A stretch of DNA of 52,219 nt, taken from NCBI GenBank assembly GCA_002633005.1, contig NMRA01001125.1, forward strand, positions 1-52,219. Reading direction: 5' to 3'. The notes beneath the pieces were generated by a model. It saw only the letters and a program-made list of their open reading frames with translations, ran no database searches and had not been told where the DNA came from. Source of the stretch: Phoronis australis (taxonomy: Eukaryota; Animalia; Phoronida). Of this stretch, positions 24,482 to 36,400 are shown piece by piece (the first letter of the stretch is position 1; each line of letters opens with the position of its first letter). A program made the translations under genes and the position numbers.

Positions 24482-27400
24482 TTATAAAAGGCCAAAATAC
24501 GTGTTTGCGAAGCATAGATCATAAATATCAAAGAGGTTATGTCGGACGGGGGCTCTAAGAGGAGGCAATGGCTCAACGGGAAGTCTTAGAATATTGCTGC
24601 AGGTTGATGCTGTTGGTGAGAATCCCTGATGTGGTGTAGCACAGGGAAATTCTATTGTAGGTTCGATGGAAAAGTCCAGTATGGGGCGACGCTCCAGCCC
24701 AGTGACGAATTTAAGGATGTGGCTGAGGGTTATGCAACCACGTTTTCCAGCTAAAAAGAAAGGTCATACTTTGAGAATGATTTCAACAGACGGCAACTGA
24801 ACCCACAAGATTTACAATACAAACAAACATTCAACAATACTAAGTATCCCATTAAGTATTGATGCAGAAATGGAATGGTGACCATTTAGAAATGCAAACA
24901 AATATTCACTCTTTTAGTTCAAGCCAGCAGTTCTTAATTACTAATTAAGTATTTATGGAGAATTTTAATTGGAAGTCTAACAGCATAGAGTGACAGTATA
25001 CTGTCATATTTACCGGTAGCTATCTATTGATGAAAGTTTAAGTTACAGGCTGAGTATCTGGCATATGCTCCTACACTGCTCCATGTTTCATATCTACAAT
25101 TGGTTCCAACATCTACCTGCAACATCTTTAGTGTATCTAACAAATCTTTTGTAGATCTCCTCCTCCGATGCCCTTCTCACTGAACCAAGAGGGGAAAAAT
25201 TGGCACGAAACATTTTTATCAATATTCTAGATGTCATTTGTCCCTCATCGGAACCTGGCATCAGGAGGAACTTGATGGTGGGTTTCTCTTTCATCAGCTG
25301 TAACACAAAGTTGAAATAAAAAAAAGCAAACACAGTGCTGGAAAGTCCACGTCGCTTGGTTAAAACAAATGACTATGAGCTATGCAATATTGCAATGGCG
25401 ACTTTCAGTGGTCTCAGCTACAAAATTTTTCGTCTATACGAATGTGGTCACGTGGCCTGTTATTTCATATACGGTTTAGGTATCACGAATGTACTGTTGG
25501 TAAATTAGGCTACTAGGGCACAACTCGGCAAAATGATCACGACAAGATTTTTGTCGTATAGTTGAAAAAAACCCATGTTTAGCTGACATGGCCTCGAGAC
25601 CGATCTACTTTGTGATTCAGCCATTTCGACTGGTTCGGACTGCGCCGCTAAATTAGTATTGCTTATTCACCGCTTGGGGCGCTAGTTTTTCGACCATTGC
25701 GGCGAATGGCAAGATGGCGGAGTAAATTCTCCTATTCTGGTACACTACATGATCCAATCAGCTTCGTACAAAGTCGGCTCATCGAGGAAGAGCACTGTTT
25801 ACATACCTTGTCATTTTGTTAATTTCATCAAAAACTACAGGACAATGGAATCATTGCTGGCCAAATCTGTGGTACTTAATGGACATTTGACATGTTGCAA
25901 TGTCTTATCCAGTCGCCATTTGTGTATTTGTTGTTGCCTATGGCGATGAAAAAGCGATGGATTTTTTGAGCACTCAGAGAAATAATTATCGATTACGGGG
26001 GACAATTGTGATTTTAACCCCCATGGATTGTCTCAGCTCATAAAAATAAAGTTTACAACATAAACTAACTGTACTGACACAAAAACCTCTAGTTTAGTGG
26101 GATACTTTTTCACTGGCATCATAGACATGGACTTCCAACTCCGTATATTTTCAACTGACGAAATCTAACGACACCAAGCAAATTTAGCAATTCCGCCAAG
26201 TACGTTGTCTGCTAATCATGGTCGGCTGTTGTGTGGTCAGGTGCCAAAAGTACTCATGATACCAACAGAGTCATTGGAAGACTTTGAACAACGCTTCAAT
26301 GCCATTTTTGTTGTACTGGACGGTAAAATAGAAACGAGAATTTCCCGTCACAATACATTAATCAGCAACTGAAATTGGTTATTTAGGAGAGTGGCACCTC
26401 CTCTACTAGAATAGTACGCAAGAAAATGTTAGAGTTGCGAATCTTGACTATAATCTATGCTGGCATGTCATGTGTGTTAGTGAATGTGAGACAGTAACGC
26501 ACAGTTATTGAGCACAGGACTGATCCTGAGATGAGAGAGTTATTTTGAATGCATAGATACTCATCTGCATAGAATAACGCGCACACAGTCAAGTCGTGAT
26601 TAAAGCTACATGTATTCAGGAAGAATCATGCTACCGTTATACGAATATGTATGATGTTGCATATCTTAATTATTGTACTTTCAATTAATATTTGGTAATT
26701 GTCATTCATTTTAATATAAAACTGGCATCATAAAACTGAACAATGTGAAACTCTCACTTGTAAACAATTCCATTTTGTATCTCAAAACGTTTTTGCCAAA
26801 CACATTATCAACATAACCTCAAATGAAATGTAGGAAGACTAACCTGAATAAGACCAGTTCTCCTGACACCGGTAATAAACTGGTCTCTTTCCTCACTATC
26901 ATCACCACTGTCACCACAGAGTACATTGTGTAAGAAGCTAGGTCTTGGGCCTCCTTGTATCAGAGATAGTCCTGCATAATAAATGAAATTATTTAATGCA
27001 ACATTGACAAAGTGAAACTTGATAATGCCACGACCAATAACTTACCAGGACTTTTGCGATTCTAGGATGGGTGCCTTCATAAAACTGAATTGTGTGAGAG
27101 TGTTATTAAATGGTTGGTGCCTTCTCAGTATGCTGTTAAGATAACTGTAGACCTTGTTTACAAGGTTGTACTCACGTGCAAATATTTTATATTTAGCTCT
27201 AACCTCAGCAAATTATATATTTTCTGAAAGGTGAATAAATTTCGGTCCTAACATAATTTATCATTCTAATTTACTTGTCTTATTTTTTCAGGAGATATGC
27301 ATTTTAAATAAAAAATATTTGTGTGACTTTGAAAATTGTCCCTCCAATCATATTGGTCTTTCACCAACATGTTGATAACGGCATTTTCAAGAGAAATGTG

Positions 27401-30400
27401 TCATTTTTGAAATAGGTTTTAGTCTTTAACTTACGACTTTTTAGAGCATTTTGAGCAAAAATAGCCACTCCTTGATTTTTGAATGACTCCTTCCGAAAAA
27501 ATAGGGGTTAGAGCTGACAGAATTTAAGTTATTTGCACATGAGTACAATCTGGTAAACAAGGTTCACAGTTACCTTAAAAATACATCCACTCACACTTAC
27601 ACCAGACAATTATTATTGATGGTAACAGTGTTGCCAATGGACGGATATGATGATGCACAGTATCACAAGCAGCATAATTAAGATTAAATTGTTCTTAGCA
27701 GTCACACTGTACTGTATGAAAGTATGCTCATCACATTTTTCAAAATAATTAATTATAAACAGCGGAGAATTTGCGTGAATTTATTGTACCTTCACTTTAT
27801 ACAGTCAGGAACACAACTGAATTACCTGTTAGGACTCCTGCCACAAAGAAATGCATTTTTGCCAGGCCATAATCGTCTCTTTTCACCTTAACTTCTCCCT
27901 CATCCTCAATCAAAAATCTCTCCTTAACTTCTTTGATTACCAGAGTTAAAAACTCTCTCCTCGGTCCACCAACATCCTCTGCAACTTCCCCATAAAATGA
28001 CACATTCAAGGGAAGCCGTATGTTGGGAAGATCCAGAATCTCCTCCACACAAGTCTCCCAGAGGCGTTCTCTGGACACATCTATTTCGGCGGTGTCACCT
28101 ACAGGGGCACAGGATGTGTCGGTTATATCCAATGGCCGTCCTTGTAGAAAAGCTGCTTGGAAAGCTTTCATGATCGTTACAGGTTCTCTGCCCAGCCTAT
28201 AAAACGTGGGTATATAATGCCATTCAGAAATTAATGCGTAAATACAGTGATTGTAGAATATTCGGATTGATCTTTACCTGTTTTATGAAACCTAGCAGTG
28301 CTAGTTTTTGATAAAAAGTTTGTAATCAGTATAAAAGTGCTCGCAGAGCCAAACTAGATATTACTAAGAATCTATCATCTTTAAATTGTCCTGGTTATTT
28401 TCAAACAATTAATGAAACAATATTGTTGGGCTGAATTTGTTAGTTCAATCTCTCACTTACTCAGTATCACAGGCCAGTTTCACTATCTTGCTGATGACTT
28501 CATCAATCTGTGCATCTCCTTCAAATGAACCAGGTATGGAAAGGGGTGTAGAACTGTGTAGGGAAAAGGGTACTGGCTGAAGTTCCTGAAATAATTCACA
28601 TCAATTTATAGTTTTGTTCTGGAAACACTGCTTTCATGAACCCATGTGTTTGAGGATTTTCACGAGGCTGAGGTACTGTAGGCCTCATAAAAATCCTACA
28701 AAAACATCCCAGATGAGCTGTTTTTGGGTTCCATATTCACCGTGTGCCACAACATTGTTATAACACATATGCAAATGGGAATTCAATGACTGTCACCTGC
28801 ACGCTTTGTGCCAACAGCCAAACATGTATTTGGTATATATATTTTCATCAATATTATTATCATTATCTTTATACTATATTAATATTAGTTTACCTTTAAT
28901 GATTTGAAAAAAATGTTATTGTCACAATTGTTGTGACGTTTTCTGTCACGTGGATTATACAAGATGTACCTCAAAGTGTACATTATTTGCTGTCGTATAG
29001 GTCGTATAAATCAGCCAAAATGGATTTAGGAAATTTTTAGTTACCTCAGATTCACGGGTCTCTTCAGCACTAGTAGTAGCCAGTAGATGTTGGGAGGCTG
29101 ACTCATGTTCCTGTAAAATTCACACAATAACAGTGTTCCATAATCACTCAATAGCGTGGACGTATGTGTTCTTTTTGTTTTGTCGTTTGACGAAATGATC
29201 TTTGTACATAATTCATCCAATGATGTGTGGTTAGCCAAAATTGTTTTCTTTCCAATGTGCGTGGTTTCCTTATAAAGAAGAATCTTTGACACTAAATAAA
29301 TGTATCGAAAGACTCACTTGAGATATATTAGGTGTGAAAAAATGCCCCAACTAGTGTCCCTACCTCAGATTCACGGGTTACTTCAGCACTAGTAGTAGCC
29401 AGTAGATGTTGGGAGGCTGACTCATAATCCTGTAAAATTCACAGAATAACAGTGTTCCATAATCACTCAATAGCGTGGACGTGTTCTTTTTGTTTTGTCG
29501 TGTGACAAAACGATCTTTGTACACAATTCACTCAATGATGCAGGGTTAACTAAAATCGTTTTCTTTCAAATGTGCGTGGTTTCCTTATAAAGAATTATCT
29601 TCGACACTAAATATCTTAAGACTCCCTTGAGATATATCAGGTGTGAAAAAGGCCACAACTAGTGTCCATACCTCAGATTCCCGGGTTTCTTCAGCACTAG
29701 TGGTAGCCACTAGATGTTGGGAGGCTGACTCATATTCCTGTAAAATTCACACAATAACAGTGTTCCATAATCACTCAATAGCGTGGACGTACGTGTTCTT
29801 TTTGTTTTGTCGTTTGAGGAAATGATCTTTGTACATAATTCATCCAATGATGTGTGGTTAGCCACAATTGTTTTCTTTCTAATGTGCCTGGCTTCCTTAT
29901 AAAAAATAATCTTGACACTAAATATCTAAAGACTCACATGAGATATATCAGGTGTTAAAAATGTCACAACTTGTGTCCAGGGTTGTGCATTAGTTGAGAA
30001 TATACATGTGTGTATATATATATATNGTTATATCCAATGGCCGTCCTTGTAGAAAAGCTGCTTGGAAAGCTTTCATGATCGTTACAGGTTCTCTACCCAG
30101 CCTATAAAAACGTGGGTATATAATGCCATTCAGAAAAGAATGCGTAAATACAGTGATTGTAGAATAATCGGATTGATCTTTACCTGTTTTATGAAACCTA
30201 ACAGTGCTAGTTTTTGATAAAAAGTTTGTAATCTGTATAAAAGTGCTCGCAGAGCCAAACTAGATATTACTAAAAATCTATCATCTTTAAATTGACCTGG
30301 TTATTTTCAAACAATTAATGAAACAATATTGTTGGGCTGAATTTGTTAGTTCAATCTCTCGCTTACTCAGTATCACAGGCCAGTTTCACTATCTTGTTGA

Positions 30401-33400
30401 TGACTTCATCAATCTGTGCATCTCCTTCAAATGAACCAGGTATGGAAAAGGGTACTGACTGAAGTTCCTGAAATAATTCACATCAATCTATAGTTTTGTT
30501 CTGGAAACACTGCTTTCATGAACCCATGTGTTTGAGGATTTTCACGAGGCTGAGGTACAGTAGGCCTCATAAAAATCCTACAAAAACATCTCAAATGAGC
30601 TGTTTTTGGGTTCCATATTCACCGTGTGCCAAAACATTGTTATAACACATATGCAAATGGGAATTCAATGACTGTCACCTGCTCGCTTTGTACCAACAGC
30701 CAAACATGTATTTGATATATATATATTTTCATCAATATTATTATCATTATTTTTATACTATATTATTATTAATTTAACTTTAATGATTTGAAAAAAATGT
30801 TATTGTCACAATTGTTGTGACGTTTTCTGTCACGTGGATTATACAAGATTTACCTCAAAGTGTACATTATTTGCTGTCGTATAGGTCGTATAAATCAGCC
30901 AAAATGGATTTAGGAAATTTTTATTTACCTCAGATTCACGGGTCTCTTCAGCACTAGTAGTAGCCAGTAGATGTTGGGAGGCTGACTCATATTCCTGTAA
31001 AATTCACACAATAACAGTGTTCCAGAATCACTCAATAGCGTGGACGTATGTGTTCTTTTTGTTTTGTCGTTTGACGAAATGAACTTAATTCATCCAATGA
31101 TGTGTGGTTAGCCACAATTGTTTTCTTTCCAATGTGCGTGGTTTCCTTATAAAGAAGAATCTTTGACACTGAATAAATGTATCTAAAGACTCACTTGAGA
31201 TATATTAGGTGTGAAAAAAATGTCCCAACTAGTGTCCATACCTCAGATTCACGGGTTTCTTCAGCACTAGTAGTAGCCAGTAGATTTTGGGAGGCTGACT
31301 CATAATCCTGTAAAATTTACAGAATAACAGTGTTCCATAATCACTCAATAGCGTGGACGTGTTCTTTTTGTTTTGTCGTGTGACAAAACGATCTTTGTAC
31401 ACAATTCACCCAATCAACGGGGTTAACTAAAATCGTTTTCTTTCAAATGTGCGTGGTTTCCTTATAAAGAATAATCTTCGACACTAAATATCTTAAGACT
31501 CCCTTGAGATATATCAGGTGTGAAAAAAGGCCACAACTAGTGTCCATACCTCAGATTCCCGGGTTTCTTCAGCACTAGTGGTAGCCACTAGATGTTGGGA
31601 GGCTGACTCATATTCCTGTAAAATTCACACAATAACAGTGTTCCAGAATCACTCAATAGCGTGGACGTACGTGTTCCTTTTGTTTTGTCGTTTGACGAAA
31701 TGATCTTTGTACATAATTCATCCGATGATGTGTGGTTAGCCACAATTGTTTTCTTTCTAATGTGCGTGGTTTCCTTATAAAAAATAATCTTGCCACTAAA
31801 TATCTAAAGACTAACATGAGATATATCAGGTGTTAAAAATGTCACAACTTGTGTCCAGGGCTGTGCATTAGTTGAGAATATATATATTATATATATATAC
31901 GTCACCCAATGTGGATTTAATCTCTATACTTACCTCGGATCCACGGGTATCTTCAGTACTAGTAGTAGCCAGAAGATGTTGGGAAGCTGACTCAAATTCC
32001 TGTAAAATTCACACAATAACATTGTTTGAGATCCACTCATTAGCGTGGACGTGTTCTTTTTGTTTTGTCATGTGACAAAATGATGTTTGTATACAGCGCG
32101 CCCAATGATGCGTGGTTAACTAAAATCGATTTCTATCCAATGTGCGTGGTTTACTAATAAAAAACAATCTTTGATCTTGAATACCTAAGGCGCACTTGAT
32201 TATATCAGGAGTTAACAATGCCAAAGTTGTGCATTAGTTGAGAGTATGTGTGTGTGTGTGTGCCCGCGTGCGCGCGCGGGTGTATGTGTATAGACGTCGG
32301 CCAAAGAAAGTGGATTTAATCTTTATTTTTACTTCGGTTTCATGAGTCTCTTCAGTACTGGTAGTAGCCCATAGATGAGGTGATGTTGGCTCAAGTTCCC
32401 AGAATAAGTGTTCTCCAAGGACGTATGGTTCACTGAATGTCCATAATTTCCTTTCAAAAATATGCTTTCACCCTAAATATCTGAAAACTGACCTAATTAC
32501 AAAAGGTGTTCAAAAAAGGCCATAATGTCCATGCAAAGCTATTCTCATTGATAATATATACATCATTTAAAGTGTTTTGTAATGCGACGAAATGATGTTT
32601 GCGCACGAATCACCCAAGTATGCGTGATGCATGGATAACTAAAAACACTAATGCGTATGATCTTCAAAATAATGTTTGTTTCTAATATCAAAAGACTCAA
32701 TTAAGTTATATCAGCTGTTCAAAAAGGCCACAACCGTCCAGAGCTGTGCTTTAGTTGAAGTCGTCTACCTTTATATTTACCTGGATTTCGGGAGTCTCTT
32801 CTGAATCAGATGCATCCCCTAGTGTATGAGAAGCCGACCCAATTTCCTGGAAAATTCACAGAACAACAGCGTCGGTGAAGTACCCAATAACTTTGGACGT
32901 GTTCTTCTTTGGTTTGTCATGGGACAGATGGATATTTGCACACGATTCACCGAAGGATGCATGCATGCTTAATTTATGTGCATGGTTTCCTTCCAAATTA
33001 AACTTAGGTAATACAGATCTAAAGGCTCACTTGATTATATCAGGTGTTCAAAAACATGCGAAGATAAACGACGTTTCTTTAACATATGAACATCAAGGAA
33101 TCTTCATTTTGACTTATGAATGCACAAAGTCGCAAATTTACACGTTTTTTATATAGTAATTACCTCGCAAGACTCGGTGTGTTCACGGAGATTGTGAACC
33201 AAGATGTCTGTGTTACACCAAACACATCGCGATGTCTCCCTAGATTCGACAGTAGTATCAACAGATGTATCAAGATTTGACTGAATTGGTCTGATGTATA
33301 TTTTAGCCAACGACGAACTGGTCATTATTTTAAGCTGGTCGCAGTCGCAAAACCCAGTATTGCATACAACCAAACGCGACCTCCTGGACTTGTCTACTGT

Positions 33401-36400
33401 CAGGAATTCAATGCCATTCCTGCACTGTATAAGCTTTGGATATGCCCTGAAAAGACAGTTAAAAGCAGGCAATATGATCATCAATCATGTTTTAGATGTA
33501 TTTTGTTTTGTATATGCAGTTTTTCAAACATAGCTCTACAATAAAGTAATTTGCTAACGCCTCACAAAGCTACAGGTGTTACAAAGCAAATTTGTGGGAG
33601 AAATCTGACATCAAAAATACCTAATGAATACCATTTGGTTCCTGGTATCCTGTAAAAATAGTAAATACTTGCTCACCGAATTTAAAAATCTTTCAGTTGA
33701 GGGGATTACAAAAGAATAGGGTTTGTAAACAAATTGAATGGATTACACATTCTCAAGCCGGCTGACCTGGACACAACAAAGACAACCAAATCGGCCTCGC
33801 CACCCGATTGATTAGGACAATCCAGAATGCATTCCAGCCCTGAACATTCTGCAACATGGTTAGTACAATTTTTCCACAAGTATTTGGCAAGTTTGCAGCT
33901 AACTGATCTTTTGCACTAACTCCTGCAAACACTGCCTTTTGGTACGGGGATGAGGTATTATACTGTATAGTGAGAAATGTTTAGTGTCAATGATAAAATG
34001 TTTATACCTGTGAAGTGCTTTCTTCACTTCTTCTTTTGACCCAGCAGAGGGAAATGAAACTTTCCGTTCCCCTAGCCCACTCCTCTGCAGGTCCTGCTTC
34101 TCCTGAAAGCTTGATGGTGGGGAGTCGGCATTTCTATCGCCAAAGACAAATATTGTCTTTACGAAAGTACGACTTCTACCTTGAGCGCCTACAAACATTT
34201 GTCGTTATTGATATAAATAACTTCAAATGACTAACACTTAAACATATTTATCAACCTATAGACATAGTCACATTCATTCCGTGATTTTAATCAAAAATGT
34301 TATATCACAGCAAAATTATTTGTGTTATTAGATAGAGTTTTACTCTCCATATCGCAACAAAGCTTGGCAAGTTCAAAGCTTATTACGAAGTCAGGCTAAG
34401 GCTAGTACCGATAAATGTACGTCTGCTTAAGGTATTCACTTACGGGCCTTTCGCAGAGTTAGTGCGGTAGACTAGCATTCTTTCTCGATCACAAGAGTTT
34501 TATGGGGTCTGGATTTGGTACGGTACTCAAGTTAGTACACTCGAAAAGACCGGACACTAAAGCTAGGGTACCCAAGTTGGTCCGATTACGTAAGCGCAAT
34601 GAGAAAAGTTTGGTCCGGACTATTTCGTACTAACTTATCTCTCACTTCACGCGAGAGCGGATTTCTTCCCGCCAGGATACTTACATTGCTTGTCTAAAAC
34701 CCGGAGATTTGTCACCGGATTTGGGAGCGACGTACACTATTGAGTGATGCCTTTGGTATAGCGTGGGCGGCGCAGCAGTGANGATGACTGGCGGTGCACC
34801 TGAAGCGGTTCAACAAGAATACTTTTCAGGAACGGTAGGCTCCCTCCTTATATAAGTAGATGGCTGCTTCTTGATCCAGCAATCCCCTATGGTCACAGGA
34901 GGCGGATTGGAGGGAACTGATGCATATGTAAATTATGTTTATCTCTTACTTTTCTCGTAAACTAGAAGCAACAGCAGTGAAGTAGACAGGGCTTGGAATT
35001 TTCCGCGGAAACGCGGATTTCCGCTTTTTTCAAACATGCTTTCCGCTTTTTTATAATATTTCCGCGTAAAAAATCGGATTTGATATAAAATTTCCGCGGC
35101 AAATTCCTTTCTTACCACGGCGGTGCAGACGACGTTCACCTCGAAAAGCGGAAGTTGCTCTTTATGTTTCGGAGGAACGTAAATTATCAACATTGCCGGG
35201 ACATCTGGGACAGCGTGGTGGGATTTTCAATGGCGTCTCGTGTTATTGTTAAGCGCGGCGACAAATACTACCGCTCTGCAGTCAAAAATGTGTGGGTTGG
35301 GAGTGGACGGGCGAGCTAAAAGGACGCAGACGCATGCTACTGATGGTGATAACGTTTTTTTTTTTATTAGTCCTCCCGATTTTTGTCGGGGAAAGGTTCG
35401 CATTCACCATTTCAAGGCTGGTTATCGCGCATGATTTAGGCCGTAAAAGTTTCCGCGTTTTTTGTCACTGGTCATTCCAAGCCCTGTGTAGAATAGTGGA
35501 GAATAACTCGACTTAGTAGCAGCGTTGTGTTGTGTTGTGGACAATCTCGGTCCGTCAGAGAGATGGTTGTATTCAGTAACTAAGTGTGGAACACTCAATT
35601 ACACTAGTAATAGCCACTGGCAGTAGCGAAGATGAGGACTGTATTAGGCAAGTGAACGGATTTATATACAAGTTACAAATATGTGGGTTGCATGCACTAA
35701 ACTTTATGATTCAATATTCTACAGGAAAATAACAGGAAGCAACTATAAAAACTTTCACAACAATCATCTGAACTACTCTGTTGTGTTTGCCATATATGGT
35801 AATGGTCAGCCGTCTTTAGGCAATGTTTCTGTGAATGACCATTACGCAATCTTGTTTACTACAGAGATCACCAAAACATGTGTGGATGCACCGGGTGGGT
35901 TGGTCGCTGACTCAGCTAACAGCCTAAACAAGTTTCTATAAACACAAACAATTGGCTAGCAAAGAAATAATATCAATGAGTAATAACACTATCAAAGTAA
36001 CGTGCAAAGAATTATATATATATTATGAATGTCACGGATTTCATGACAAGCAGGTTCATTTACTTTTTTGAGTTTCAATGGATTCTTTGCAATTGTTATT
36101 TAAATAATACATGCATATTTGTAGGTAACACCCTTTGGCTTTGACCCAGATGGCTCATTTCCTGCAGATGATGATGAAGGTGTGTTTGTACCAGAGGTAG
36201 ATGTCACAGCTCACCCCATTCTGGAAGACTTGACCTTGCGCAATGAAGACCAAGACAGATGGGGCATCCAGTCCTATAAACACATTATGCAAAGTATTTC
36301 TGAAAGAACCGGCTCTGAATGAAGTCCTCTGATTAAAGAGTGTAAACTATTAAAAGAGCAACTTAAATCTACACCACTCAACAAAGACGTTGCATATTTT

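Noticed and set aside
27046-27084. Extra ligase exon that might supply missing HECT sequence
   Set aside because: It has AG/GT boundaries but reads V-L-stop in the required phase. The flanking exons join correctly without it.
32246-32290. (TG)n(CG)n alternating tract with Z-DNA potential
   Set aside because: Ordinary short intronic microsatellite.
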